A stretch of DNA of 62,307 bases, filler included. It is 3 parts of 3 records of this genome, joined end to end, with 100 filler letters (N's around TTAATTAATTAA, not from the genome) between each part and the next. Parts side by side here need not be neighbours in the genome. Positions count along the whole stretch, not along the records: positions 1 to 22,777 come from SRR20825019_980; 2 more parts are not named here. One strand, written 5' to 3'. Each line of letters begins with the position of its first letter. The first letter of the stretch is position 1. Positions 1-10,546 of this stretch are shown piece after piece. A model generated the notes under the pieces. That model made no database searches. It was not told the DNA's origin and saw nothing but the letters and a program-made list of their open reading frames with translations. A program made the position numbers and the translations under genes.

Positions 1-1
1 T

Positions 2-604
2 TCTCAAGGCTTATGTTTTATAGGAAAAGTTAGACTTCCTGAATTTCTTCAGCAAAAATTAGCGCCAAAAGACGGTGTTATTGTTGAGGTTCCTGCAAGT
101 TTTTCAGAATACAAAAGAGTTCAAACGGAATTTACTTCTGAAGAAGAAAAATTCAAATACCTTTCAACCAAAAGAAAGTATACAGCTGTAGATGGCAAAA
201 AAGTGGGCATTCACCACGGAGCGCATTATTTTACCAAAGGCCAACGCAAGGGCTTGGCCGTTGGCGGAACTAAAGAACCTCTATTTGTAATTGACACCGA
301 TGTAAACCAAAATATTATTTATACAGGCCAAGGCAAAAACCATCCAGGCCTTTATAGACGTGGTCTTTTTGTAAAAAATGAAGAAATTCATTGGGTGCGT
401 GAAGATTTAAAACTTGCCGAAGATGAAAAAATGGAAGTGATGGCGCGAATAAGATATAGACAACCTTTAGAAAAAGCGACATTATACTGTTCAGTTTCGG
501 GACTTTATGTTATATTTGAAAACCCGCAATCCGCAATCACCGAAGGCCAGTTTGTTGCTTGGTACAAAGGTGATGAATTATTAGGAAGCGGTGTGATCTC
601 TTAA
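2..604 (+). CDS. mnmA: tRNA 2-thiouridine(34) synthase MnmA, 5'-truncated by window edge
   Basis: Frame from nt 2 reads [20 protein letters not shown]; then [14 protein letters not shown] and [11 protein letters not shown]...LGSGVI, all MnmA C-terminal motifs. Confidence 0.95.
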   Translation, partial: SQGLCFIGKVRLPEFLQQKLAPKDGVIVEVPASFSEYKRVQTEFTSEEEKFKYLSTKRKYTAVDGKKVGIHHGAHYFTKGQRKGLAVGGTKEPLFVIDTDVNQNIIYTGQGKNHPGLYRRGLFVKNEEIHWVREDLKLAEDEKMEVMARIRYRQPLEKATLYCSVSGLYVIFENPQSAITEGQFVAWYKGDELLGSGVIS

Positions 605-613
605 AAACCTTAT

Positions 614-2263
614 ATGATGAAAAAATTATCCCTACTAATTATTATTTTTATTTCAACACTCAGCTTTGCACAAACGCAAGAAGCACTTGTGTTTTTCGCA
701 GACAAAGAAGACGTTGCAACCTCTATTGCTAACCCAATAAGTATAATGACTCAAGCTGCCATCGATAGAAAAATGGCGCAAGGAATTGTAATTGATGAAC
801 GTGATGTACCACTTAACGAAACTTATAAAGCAACTGTTGAAGCTGCAACAGGAATTACAGTACTAGCAAAATCAAAATGGATGAATGCTGTTTATGTAAA
901 GGGAACCAAAACAAACATTGATGAACTACTAAATCTAACTTTTGTTACAGATGTAGAATATGCAGATAAAAGTTTAAACAGACCAACTTCTGGAAAACAA
1001 TTTATTAATGATAAGTTTGAAATTGAAAATCAAACACAAGCTAGACCTGTTTATAATTATGGTTCTGCTAGAAATCAAACCGAAATGCTAAATGCTGACT
1101 ACCTTCATGAAAATGATTATACTGGTAGAGATATTATCGTTGCATTTATGGATAATGGATATCCAGGAGTATTAACAAACCCTGCATACGAAACACTTAG
1201 AAATGAAGGAAGATTACTTGGGTATTATGACTTTGTAGACCGTGTGGAAAATCCAAACGGAACTGGAAGCCATGGAGCAAATACGTTTAGTGATGCCGCT
1301 GGTTTTTTAGAAAATTCGAATCCAAATAGAGCTTTTGTTGGTACTGCACCAGATGCTTCTTACTATCTTTTTGTAACAGAAGATGGTGGCAATGAATCGC
1401 CTGCTGAAGAAGCCTATTGGGTTGAAGCATTAGAGCGTTCTGATAGCTTAGGTGTATATGTTACAAATACATCATTAGGCTATCAAGATTTTGATAATAA
1501 TGCTTATAATCATGAATATGAAGACCTTGATGGACAAACTACCATTGGAGCACGTGGTGCAAATCATGCATTTGATAAAGGAATGATTAACGTTACCTCA
1601 GCTGGTAATGATGGTCGCCCTGGTTCTTTTGGTTATGTAGCTACTCCAGCAGATGCGCCTGGTTCTTTTACAATAGGTTCGGTAACAAGTACTGGCACAC
1701 CTTCTGATTTTAGTTCGTATGGACCAACTACAGATGGACGAATCAAACCAGATGTTGTTGCTCAAGGTTCTAATTCAGCAGTAATTGATCAAAATGGGAA
1801 TGTAACAACTTCAAGCGGAACTTCATTTAGTTCACCAATTATGGCTGGAGCTGTAGCATCACTTTGGCAAGCTGTTCCACATTTAAAAAATGATGTTGTT
1901 ATGCAAGCAATTCGTAAATCCGCTAGCAGATACACCAACCCAACAGATAAATTAGGATATGGAATTCCAGATTTTGGAGAAGCCTTAGGTGCTTTATTGC
2001 AGTTAAGTACTGAAGATTATTTACAAGAAAATCTTTTTGCTCTTTACCCAAACCCTGTAACAACTCAAATTAATATTTCTTTCCCAAAATCTGCTGATAA
2101 AGCTGAGTTTGCACTTTACAATGTATTAGGTGAAAGAATTCTGCAAGAGAATATTACAACTTTAAAAAATAGTATAGATGTATCTGGTCTTTCTTCAGGA
2201 ATGTACATAGCTTCTATTACTTCAAATAACAAAACAACCAGTTTCAAAATTATTAAAGAGTAG
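614..2263 (+). CDS. S8 subtilisin-like serine peptidase with T9SS C-terminal sorting domain
   Basis: Signal peptide; catalytic D (FMDNGY), H (GSHG), oxyanion N (SAGNDG), S (SGTSFSSP); C-terminal LYPNP...SGMY...FKIIKE T9SS tail. Confidence 0.92.
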   Translation: MMKKLSLLIIIFISTLSFAQTQEALVFFADKEDVATSIANPISIMTQAAIDRKMAQGIVIDERDVPLNETYKATVEAATGITVLAKSKWMNAVYVKGTKTNIDELLNLTFVTDVEYADKSLNRPTSGKQFINDKFEIENQTQARPVYNYGSARNQTEMLNADYLHENDYTGRDIIVAFMDNGYPGVLTNPAYETLRNEGRLLGYYDFVDRVENPNGTGSHGANTFSDAAGFLENSNPNRAFVGTAPDASYYLFVTEDGGNESPAEEAYWVEALERSDSLGVYVTNTSLGYQDFDNNAYNHEYEDLDGQTTIGARGANHAFDKGMINVTSAGNDGRPGSFGYVATPADAPGSFTIGSVTSTGTPSDFSSYGPTTDGRIKPDVVAQGSNSAVIDQNGNVTTSSGTSFSSPIMAGAVASLWQAVPHLKNDVVMQAIRKSASRYTNPTDKLGYGIPDFGEALGALLQLSTEDYLQENLFALYPNPVTTQINISFPKSADKAEFALYNVLGERILQENITTLKNSIDVSGLSSGMYIASITSNNKTTSFKIIKE

Positions 2264-3204
2264 TGCAAAACCGGGTTACCGAACTTTTTAATATAAAATA
2301 CCCAATAATACAAGCCGGAATGATTTGGAACAGCGGCTGGCGACTAGCCAGTGCTGTTTCAAATGCTGGTGGCTTGGGGCTTTTGGGCGCTGGCTCAATG
2401 TACCCAGAGGTGCTTCGCGAACATATTCAAAAATGTAAAAAAGCAACTAACAATCCCTTTGGCGTCAATGTGCCAATGCTTTATCCAGATATTGATAAGA
2501 TAATAGATATCATTATTGAAGAAGACGTAAAAATTGTCTTTACCTCTGCTGGAAATCCAAAAACACATACTTCCAAACTTAAAAATAATGGAATAACAGT
2601 TGTTCACGTTGTGAGTAGTGTGAAATTTGCTTTAAAAGCACAAGAAGCTGGAGTTGATGCTATAGTTGCTGAGGGCTTTGAAGCTGGCGGCCATAATGGT
2701 CGTGAAGAAACTACAACTTTTACATTAATCCCTATGGTAAAACAACAGCTTGAAATCCCTTTGATTGCAGCTGGAGGAATTGCCAACGGGCGTGGAATGC
2801 TATCTGCTATGATTTTGGGCGCAGATGGTGTACAAGTAGGAAGTCGTTTTGTAGCTTCTGAAGAAGCTTCATCCCATCAAAGTTTTAAACAAATGGTGGT
2901 GGATTCAAAGGAAGGCGACACGCTTTTAACTTTAAAAGAATTAGCCCCAGTTAGGATGCTAAAGAATAAATTTTTTGAAAGTGTAATGCAACTTTATACC
3001 ACTAACCCTTCAAAAGAGGAATTAATATCACATTTAGGACGCGCGCGAGCAAAACGTGGTATGTTTGAAGGTGATCTTGAAGAAGGGGAATTAGAAATAG
3101 GGCAAATAGCTGGATTAATCAACGATATAAAACCTGCTGCACAGATATTAAAAGAAATGGTTGAAGAGTTTGAAGTGGCAAAAAAAGAAGCTGCGGATCT
3201 TTAA
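2263..3204 (+). CDS. Nitronate monooxygenase / FabK-like flavin oxidoreductase
   Basis: YPIIQAGM, AEGFEAGGHNG, IAAGGIANGRG, GADGVQVGSRF motifs; GTG start overlaps the upstream stop. Confidence 0.88.
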   Translation: MQNRVTELFNIKYPIIQAGMIWNSGWRLASAVSNAGGLGLLGAGSMYPEVLREHIQKCKKATNNPFGVNVPMLYPDIDKIIDIIIEEDVKIVFTSAGNPKTHTSKLKNNGITVVHVVSSVKFALKAQEAGVDAIVAEGFEAGGHNGREETTTFTLIPMVKQQLEIPLIAAGGIANGRGMLSAMILGADGVQVGSRFVASEEASSHQSFKQMVVDSKEGDTLLTLKELAPVRMLKNKFFESVMQLYTTNPSKEELISHLGRARAKRGMFEGDLEEGELEIGQIAGLINDIKPAAQILKEMVEEFEVAKKEAADL

Positions 3205-3237
3205 GTTTCTTCATTTTTTTAGAAAAACACACCTAAT

Positions 3238-3271
3238 AAAAAACCCTTCCAATTATTTTGGAAGGGTTTTT
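3238..3271. terminator. Bidirectional intrinsic terminator
   Basis: AAAAAACCCTTCCAA-ttat-TTGGAAGGGTTTTT hairpin between convergent genes. Confidence 0.8.
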
Positions 3272-3292
3272 CCTTTAAATCAGGGATAAAAC

Positions 3293-6200
3293 TTATTCCT
3301 TAATAAGTCGCTTGGTTACCTGACCATCTTTTCCTTCTATTAAAATTAAATAAGTAGATGGAGCAATTTCAGAAACATCAATAGACTTTTCAAGACCCAT
3401 TGCATTCAGGTCAATTGCTTTCACTAATCTTCCTCTTAAATCGAATATTTTTAAATAATCTAATGCAAGTTCATTCGGGTTTGAAATCATCAAGATACCA
3501 GAAGTTGGATTCGGATGCATTTTAATACTTTCATTATTCAAACTGTTATCATTCACACTTGCGGTATCATCAATTGTAAGCTCGAATGAACAAGAACTCA
3601 TATTTTCAGATTCATCTTCTGCAGTTAAGGTAATGGTATGAGTTCCTAAACCTAGCATTGTTCCTGCAGCAGGGCTTTGTGTAGTTAGCGTTACTGGATT
3701 TGTACAGTTATCAGTAACTGTAGCTTGTCCTGTTGCAAAATAATCTGGAAGTGTATATTGAGTCGCAGTTCCTATGCCAACTGTTAAGTCTGCTGGACAG
3801 GTTATTACTGGGGCTACCGTTTCAATTACATTAACCACAGCAGTACAAGTTGATGCAACACCATTATCATTAGTTGCTTGAACTAATACATTATTCAAAC
3901 CAACATCGGCACAGGTAAAATTAACTGTAGTTGCCAATGGGTTACCGCCTAACACAGTATATCCTCCACATTTTACAGCAACACTAAACAATAAATCTTC
4001 TGCATTTACTGTTGCATTTCCACTTCCATCAAGTGTAACATCTAGTATAGGAGCAACTATTTCATATTCATAATTTAATCCCCAGCTATTTATTGAACCT
4101 GTATCACCAGAAACAGCATCTGAAGCTGTAAGCTCCCATACCCCTAAAGTACTTTCCCCATCAAATACAGAAAGCGGATTGTTAGGTATAAAAGTTCCAT
4201 TAATAGTTGGTTCAGAACTAGCACATTCATTTTCAACAGAACTAGCTGCTTCATCATCTAAAGTTGCTAGAATATTGTTTCCAGAACAGCCATAACCAAT
4301 CGCTATTCTTCCTGGTCTATCAACAATAGTTGCTTCTGTACCTGAAGGTGATTTAATTTTTACAATTACATCACCCACCCATGTGTGTGAAATATCTAAA
4401 TTTACATTTAAGTCCATAATTGTAATATCATCCGTTACATTCATTGTTACAGTAACACCAGCTGTGTTATTGTCTGGAATTGGAGCTCCCGTACTACTCG
4501 CTTGTGAACCCGTCATAGGAATTGTTCCCGATCCCATACAAATAATTTCAGGTGCTTCATTGGTAACGTTAATATCATCAGTTAATGTAGTTGGTACTCC
4601 AGAACAGAAATCATTCACCACATAGGTTACTGTTACTAAACCTGCTCCCCCTACACTTGGGTCGAATGTAAATGTTGTTCCGTTACCATCATCAGTTACA
4701 CCAGGCCCACCATAAACACCTCCAACTGGATTTCCTCCAGAAAGACCTGTTTGAACACCATCTGCAAGACATACTTCTTCGATTGTATCTAGGCTAGAAA
4801 AACTTGGAGGTAAGTCGAATGCTTCAGTTCCATCAGATTTACTTCCTGAAGAACCTTGATCTGCACTATACCCCAAGCCTCTTCTTGCAAAGGCTTCCCA
4901 AATTACACAAGCGTGTGCGCCACCATAAAGTGCTTGGTCAGCAGCTAAAATTGCATCACGTCCATCCACAAAACCAGGACTACAAGGTTGCAGTTTTAAT
5001 CCTTCGGTAACTATCGCTAAAGCCACGTTATTTCCACCTGTACCATTGTAAACATCTGGATCAAACCCATCTGTTGCAATAATAGCCCAAGCCATATCCC
5101 AGACCATTGTAGCCCAAACCTCACCAACACCATGTGGTGCTACCATGGTTTTAATATCATCATACGTATGATTATTAACAGCAAAATCTGTACTATAGCG
5201 TTGCGTTCTTACCCCAACACCAGTTATTGGTTGTCCTAATAAATAAGTACCTACACCTCTAGCATCTGTCCCTGCATCACCTGGTTCGATTGTAAGTAAC
5301 AAACCAAAGATATCACTCCAGCCTTCACCCATTTGTTCTTGATTATTTAAACACCCTACACTTGAAGGACCTCCTGTAAGTCTATTTGAAATTCCATGCC
5401 CATATTCGTGAACAACCACACCAGCATCAAGACCTCCATCATGTGATGGTGTTGAATTGCTACATAGAAACATATTCATTGTAGGGTTTGATCCATCGGC
5501 AGGTGTACCAAAATTAGCGTTACAATTTCCAGAAGCATGTGCATTAGCATTTACACTATCTGATCCAACACCGCCATTTCCGTAATTGTTTTCTTGGAAA
5601 TTACCACTCACTTCGTCAAATCCATATAAGTAAAACACATCATGAATAATATTATTCCAATAAAATAAATTTGTAATGTAAGGCGCTGTATTAGAAGCTG
5701 GATTTTGGTTTAAGTCTATAGGAAAGTCGAAAGTTAATGATGCTGTTCCATCTGGACGATCGGAACCTTTATGTGCATCTACGTTATTACCAGTTGTTAC
5801 GGTATACTCTGCTCCTGCAACCCCATTTGTGTCATGCCATCCGAATGGTGAAGCTACTGCATTATCAGGATCATTTTGCAATGTTCGTGAACCATGATTA
5901 GGAGATTCTACTGGCATTGCATATACTCTATACCCGCCTACTAAAGCTGGAGTTGCTTCAAAAACCGATGTATTTGAAGTCTTATTATAATTATAAAGTG
6001 ATTCATTTTCATTTAATGGTCCAACAACTATTGGACTTGCTGGGGAAGTTTCACCATGGAAATGTTTGTTATGATCATCCATTATATTACAAGAAACTGT
6101 CCAGTTTTCTTTATCTATGATTTGCCCACTGGTAGCATCAACTCGAAAATTCCACCAATCTGAGCTAGTTTTTTCAGCTATAGAAAGCTCCCACACCAAT

Positions 6201-6760
6201 TGAGTGCCATATCCTTCTCTGTAATAATACATTAACTTAACAGGAATATCCACTAAAGAGATGTTAGCTTTATTAAATAATGCAGCTTTATTAGTTCCAC
6301 CTATTTTATTAATTTCTTGGAGGTTTGAAATTTTATACCCCATTTGTCTAGCAACCGAAGTTATTGCTTGCGAGGCAGAAACTCCTTGTGAGCTACTTTT
6401 TAAAGTTGCATTTATATCAGTAAGAAACCTATTGTGCTCCATTACAACTGCACCAGTTTTGTCTATATGCACACTTGATTCAGTGCCGTAAACTTCTAGA
6501 TTATTTATTGCCTGTCTTAAATATACGTGACGAATACCACTTAAACTACTAATGTGTTCATTGGTTACCACATAGGAATTGTCTTTCTGGCTAATGCGCT
6601 TTTCTAAAGAAATAGAAGACGTTTCTGTAGCAATTCGTTGTTCTTCTTTTTCTTTTTCGGGGTTTTTATTCTGTGCGGATAATTGAATAGATAGCATACT
6701 TAATGCTATCAAGCATAATGTAGGTATTCTCATTTTTATAGTTGATTTGGTTATTTCCAT
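3293..6760 (-). CDS. M36 (fungalysin) metallopeptidase with FTP/PepSY propeptide, P-domain, HYR domain and T9SS CTD
   Basis: HEYGHGISNRLTGG and MGEGWSD zinc ligands; QPCSPGFVDGRDAILAAD; HTWVGD...SPSGT P-domain; APVITCP...TDNC HYR; HPNPT...TKRLIKE CTD. Confidence 0.92.
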   Translation of the reverse strand: MEITKSTIKMRIPTLCLIALSMLSIQLSAQNKNPEKEKEEQRIATETSSISLEKRISQKDNSYVVTNEHISSLSGIRHVYLRQAINNLEVYGTESSVHIDKTGAVVMEHNRFLTDINATLKSSSQGVSASQAITSVARQMGYKISNLQEINKIGGTNKAALFNKANISLVDIPVKLMYYYREGYGTQLVWELSIAEKTSSDWWNFRVDATSGQIIDKENWTVSCNIMDDHNKHFHGETSPASPIVVGPLNENESLYNYNKTSNTSVFEATPALVGGYRVYAMPVESPNHGSRTLQNDPDNAVASPFGWHDTNGVAGAEYTVTTGNNVDAHKGSDRPDGTASLTFDFPIDLNQNPASNTAPYITNLFYWNNIIHDVFYLYGFDEVSGNFQENNYGNGGVGSDSVNANAHASGNCNANFGTPADGSNPTMNMFLCSNSTPSHDGGLDAGVVVHEYGHGISNRLTGGPSSVGCLNNQEQMGEGWSDIFGLLLTIEPGDAGTDARGVGTYLLGQPITGVGVRTQRYSTDFAVNNHTYDDIKTMVAPHGVGEVWATMVWDMAWAIIATDGFDPDVYNGTGGNNVALAIVTEGLKLQPCSPGFVDGRDAILAADQALYGGAHACVIWEAFARRGLGYSADQGSSGSKSDGTEAFDLPPSFSSLDTIEEVCLADGVQTGLSGGNPVGGVYGGPGVTDDGNGTTFTFDPSVGGAGLVTVTYVVNDFCSGVPTTLTDDINVTNEAPEIICMGSGTIPMTGSQASSTGAPIPDNNTAGVTVTMNVTDDITIMDLNVNLDISHTWVGDVIVKIKSPSGTEATIVDRPGRIAIGYGCSGNNILATLDDEAASSVENECASSEPTINGTFIPNNPLSVFDGESTLGVWELTASDAVSGDTGSINSWGLNYEYEIVAPILDVTLDGSGNATVNAEDLLFSVAVKCGGYTVLGGNPLATTVNFTCADVGLNNVLVQATNDNGVASTCTAVVNVIETVAPVITCPADLTVGIGTATQYTLPDYFATGQATVTDNCTNPVTLTTQSPAAGTMLGLGTHTITLTAEDESENMSSCSFELTIDDTASVNDNSLNNESIKMHPNPTSGILMISNPNELALDYLKIFDLRGRLVKAIDLNAMGLEKSIDVSEIAPSTYLILIEGKDGQVTKRLIKE

Positions 6761-6845
6761 AAAATTATCATAAAAAAATCATAAAACAGCTAATCAACAT
6801 CATAAATTTTGAGGAGCAAAAGAATACTCAATCAAATTATATCAT

Positions 6846-6873
6846 AAAAAAAGCCTCCCGATTGGGAGGCTTT
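6846..6873 (-). terminator. Intrinsic terminator after cold-shock gene
   Basis: AAAAAAAGCCTCCC-gatt-GGGAGGCTTT hairpin with T-run on the minus strand. Confidence 0.8.
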
Positions 6874-6894
6874 CTACTAAAAAAATTGTGTGTA

Positions 6895-7086
6895 TTAAAG
6901 TACTTTTACGTTAACCGCGTTCAATCCTTTTTTTCCTTCTTGAAGATCAAATTCTACTTCGTCACCTTCACGAACTTCGTCGATTAGGCCTGAAATGTGT
7001 ACAAAATGTTCTTTGTTTGTTCCTTCTTCAGTGATAAAACCGAAACCTTTGGTGTCGTTGAAGAATTTTACTGTTCCTTTGTTCAT
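6895..7086 (-). CDS. Cold-shock protein (CspA family)
   Basis: GTVKFFNDTKGFGFI (RNP1) and FVHISG (RNP2); Bacteroidetes TAnnTTTG -7 element (TATCTTTG, minus strand ~7118-7125) upstream. Confidence 0.95.
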   Translation of the reverse strand: MNKGTVKFFNDTKGFGFITEEGTNKEHFVHISGLIDEVREGDEVEFDLQEGKKGLNAVNVKVL

Positions 7087-7248
7087 TGTATTTAATTAAA
7101 AAATTTATAATAAGTGGCAAAGATAGTATTAAAATTGACAATAAGCCTTTTTCATATTGTTTATTTTAAAAACTTAAAATTTTACCATCTCAATAATATT
7201 TTAACAAAATTACCTTTTATAAGCCAATAAGCAGCGCATTAACTAGGC

Positions 7249-8454
7249 TTATAACGCTATGGCAATTTGGTTTTTTAGAATATCATCAAAGGTTTCTCTT
7301 TTTCTAATTAGATGTGCTTTTCCTTTATACCAAAGTACTTCAGCTGGACGATATCGAGAGTTATAGTTACTAGCCATTGTAAAGCAATATGCCCCTGCAT
7401 TATGAAAAGAAAGTATATCTCCTTCGTGAATTTCAGTTATTCTACGATTATTAGCAAAGGTATCTGTTTCGCAAATATAACCTGTTACCGTATAAAAACG
7501 GTCTCTTCCTTTAGGGCGTGAAACGTTTGTAATTTCATGTTGTGAACCATAAAGCATTGGGCGAATTAAATGATTAAAACCGCTATCTACCTGAGCAAAT
7601 ACAGTAGATGTTGTTTGTTTTATAACATTCACATTTACTAAAAACTGCCCAGCTTCACTCACTAAAAATTTACCTGGCTCAAAAGCTAGTGTAAGTTTCT
7701 TCCCATATTTTTTGCTGAACTCATTAAACCTTTTACTTAGCTTCTTACCGAGTTCCTCAACATTTGTCTCTATATCTCCTTCTTTATACGGAACTTTAAA
7801 TCCACTTCCGAAATCAATAAACTCAAGGTTATCAAAATTTTCTGCCGCACTAAAAAGTATTTCCGAAGCATATAAAAACACATCAATATCCAGAATATCA
7901 CTACCGGTATGCATATGTATACCATTAATATTCATCCCTGTATTTTCAACAATACGTTTTAATAAAGGCATTTGGTGGATAGAAATACCAAATTTACTAT
8001 CAATATGTCCCACCGAAATATTAGTGTTTCCTCCCGCCATTACGTGAGGATTTATACGAATACAAACTGGTGTTTTTGGATGCTTTGTACCAAATTGCTC
8101 TAAAATAGATAAATTATCAATATTAATTTGCACTCCAAGTTTTGCAGCTTTTTCTATTTCTTCCATAGAAATTCCGTTAGGAGTAAAAATAATATTCTCA
8201 GGTTTTGCACCTGCTTCCAACCCTAACATAACTTCTTGAATGGATACCGTATCTAAACCACTACCCATATTTATTAATAACTTTAGCACTGAAATATTTG
8301 AAAGTGCTTTTACCGCATAATTTATCCTCAAATTCTCCACCTTATCAAAAGCACCAGTTAACCGTTTATACTGCTTTTCTATTTTTGCAGCGTCATAAAC
8401 ATATACAGGGCTTCCGAATTCTTGGGCTATCGCCAAAAGGTCTTGATTTTTCAT
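7249..8454 (-). CDS. lysA: Diaminopimelate decarboxylase
   Basis: YAVKA PLP lysine, SKFG, HMHTGS, EPGK, GYICETD, GAYCFTMASNYN motifs. Confidence 0.95.
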   Translation of the reverse strand: MKNQDLLAIAQEFGSPVYVYDAAKIEKQYKRLTGAFDKVENLRINYAVKALSNISVLKLLINMGSGLDTVSIQEVMLGLEAGAKPENIIFTPNGISMEEIEKAAKLGVQINIDNLSILEQFGTKHPKTPVCIRINPHVMAGGNTNISVGHIDSKFGISIHQMPLLKRIVENTGMNINGIHMHTGSDILDIDVFLYASEILFSAAENFDNLEFIDFGSGFKVPYKEGDIETNVEELGKKLSKRFNEFSKKYGKKLTLAFEPGKFLVSEAGQFLVNVNVIKQTTSTVFAQVDSGFNHLIRPMLYGSQHEITNVSRPKGRDRFYTVTGYICETDTFANNRRITEIHEGDILSFHNAGAYCFTMASNYNSRYRPAEVLWYKGKAHLIRKRETFDDILKNQIAIAL

Positions 8455-8651
8455 TGGTTTAAATTATTTGATTTTTTAAAATTAAGTGGCAAAAATAGGG
8501 ATGTAACCAGAAACTCTTCATTAATATTTACTTAATTTTTATTTTTTAGTGAAATAATATAAATTCAAAGAAGCAAAGCTTAAAAAACATTAGTCCATTC
8601 CTATGACATTTATTATTTTTGCATTCCATAAACAAGTACAAAACCGCTACT

Positions 8652-9842
8652 ATGAATTTACACGAATATCAGGGAAAAGAAATACTAAACAGTTTTGGCG
8701 TTGAAATACAACGCGGAATCGTTGCAACTACTCCAGAAGAAGCTGTAGCAGCAGCAAAAAAGCTTACTGAAACTACAGGAACTGGCTGGCACGTAATAAA
8801 AGCACAAGTTCACGCAGGTGGCCGTGGAAAAGGTGGTGGTGTAAAACTTGCTAAAAACCTGCAGGAAGTTGAAGAAATTTCAGGAAATATAATCGGAATG
8901 AACCTGATTACTCCTCAAACCTCAGCTGAAGGAAAAAAAGTACATCAAATTTTAGTTGCTGAAGATGTTTATTATCCTGGTGATAGTGAACCTGAAGAGT
9001 ACTATATGAGTGTTCTTCTTAATCGCTCTACTGGCAGAAACATGATTATGTATTCTACCGAAGGTGGAATGGATATTGAAACTGTTGCAGAAGAAACACC
9101 ACATTTAATTTTTACTGAAGAAGTTGACCCAGCTGTTGGCCTTTTAGGGTTTCAAGCAAGAAGAATTGCTTTTAACCTTGGCTTAAGTGGAAAAGCTTTT
9201 AAAGAAATGACCAAATTCGTTACAGCACTCTATAAAGCTTACAACGAATCTGATTCTTCTTTATTCGAAATAAACCCTGTATTAAAAACTAGCGATGATA
9301 AAATCATAGCAGTTGATGCAAAAGTAAGCCTTGACGAAAACGCACTTTATCGCCATAAAGACTACATGGAAATGCGCGACAAACGTGAAGAAAATCCAGT
9401 AGAAGTTGAAGCAAAAGAAAAAGGACTTAATTATGTAGATCTAGACGGAAACGTAGGTTGTATGGTAAATGGTGCTGGACTTGCAATGGCAACCATGGAC
9501 CTTATTAAACAAGCTGGAGGCGAGCCTGCAAACTTCTTAGACGTTGGTGGAACTGCTGATGCTGAGCGTGTTGAAGCGGCTTTTAAACTGATATTAAAAG
9601 ACCCAAGTGTTAAAGCTATTTTGGTAAACATATTTGGAGGAATTGTACGCTGTGACCGTGTAGCACAAGGAATTGTTGATGCATATAAAAACATGGGAAC
9701 TATCAATGTGCCTATCATTGTACGTTTACAAGGAACTAATGCGGATATCGCAAAAACTTTAATTGACAACAGTGGTTTAGATGTTCAAAGCGCAATTGAA
9801 TTTCAAGAAGCTGCAGATAAAGTTAAAGCTGTACTTGCATAA
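8652..9842 (+). CDS. sucC: Succinyl-CoA synthetase beta subunit
   Basis: MNLHEYQGKE start at 8652 rather than the ORF-track TTG; KAQVHAGGRGKGGG, NGAGLAMATMD, NIFGGIVRCD. Confidence 0.97.
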   Translation: MNLHEYQGKEILNSFGVEIQRGIVATTPEEAVAAAKKLTETTGTGWHVIKAQVHAGGRGKGGGVKLAKNLQEVEEISGNIIGMNLITPQTSAEGKKVHQILVAEDVYYPGDSEPEEYYMSVLLNRSTGRNMIMYSTEGGMDIETVAEETPHLIFTEEVDPAVGLLGFQARRIAFNLGLSGKAFKEMTKFVTALYKAYNESDSSLFEINPVLKTSDDKIIAVDAKVSLDENALYRHKDYMEMRDKREENPVEVEAKEKGLNYVDLDGNVGCMVNGAGLAMATMDLIKQAGGEPANFLDVGGTADAERVEAAFKLILKDPSVKAILVNIFGGIVRCDRVAQGIVDAYKNMGTINVPIIVRLQGTNADIAKTLIDNSGLDVQSAIEFQEAADKVKAVLA

Positions 9843-9858
9843 CATTTTTAAACTTCAC

Positions 9859-9891
9859 AAAAGCCCTTCGCTAATAGCAAGGGCTTTTTTT
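9859..9891 (+). terminator. Intrinsic terminator after sucC
   Basis: AAAGCCCTT...AAGGGCTTTTTTT hairpin. Confidence 0.75.
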
Positions 9892-9902
9892 GTATCATAC
9901 TT

Positions 9903-10298
9903 ATGAATAAGGATCCTAAAAAACTACTTAGTGATTTAATAAACATGGTTTTGGCCGATGGAAAAATAAACAGTTCCGAAATTAACTTTATAAAGAAGCT
10001 AGCCAAGAGAATGAATATCACTAAAGAAGATACACTGGCGCTTTTTGAAAATCCAGAACCCTCACAACCTCTTTATAATGAAGTGGATCGCATTACGCAT
10101 TTTTATAAATTAATTTTGGTAATGAATATTGATAATGAAACCCACGAAAAAGAAGTAATAGCGCTAAAAAATTTCGGCCTTAAAATGGGTATTCGCCCAA
10201 ATGTTGCAGACCAAATTTTAAAAAAAATGAAATTGAGTGAAAATAATATCATTCCAGCAGATGAGCTTTTAAAAATATTTAAAGTTTATTATAATTAA
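9903..10298 (+). CDS. TerB-family (tellurite resistance-like) protein
   Basis: MVLADGKINSSEINFIKKLA and MNIDNETHEKE duplicated TerB-like motifs. Confidence 0.75.
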   Translation: MNKDPKKLLSDLINMVLADGKINSSEINFIKKLAKRMNITKEDTLALFENPEPSQPLYNEVDRITHFYKLILVMNIDNETHEKEVIALKNFGLKMGIRPNVADQILKKMKLSENNIIPADELLKIFKVYYN

Positions 10299-10432
10299 CC
10301 GCAAGCTACCAGTTTAAATATCCTGCAACTTTTATTTTTCCTTATTAATCCACTCCTCTTATCACAAATTCATTTTAAGGGATTTTTTTTATTCTTATTG
10401 AAACAGAAACACTTAAAACCTACTCCGTGTGT

Positions 10433-10502
10433 GACAAAATGTCGTGTATTTTTTAAAAAACAAGACAAAGTGGCTTGTTTTAGTTAGTGGAATTATTATT
10501 GA
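10433..10502 (+). promoter_or_regulatory. Putative activator sites plus sigma54-like promoter upstream of hsp20
   Basis: GACAAAATGTC (10433-10443) and GACAAAGTGGC (10464-10474) palindromes 31 bp apart; TGGAAT-N5-TTGA at 10488-10502 has -24/-12 spacing. Confidence 0.45.
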
Positions 10503-10546
10503 CTCTTGTTATAAAAAATAATTAAAACTTTAAACAATATAACACT

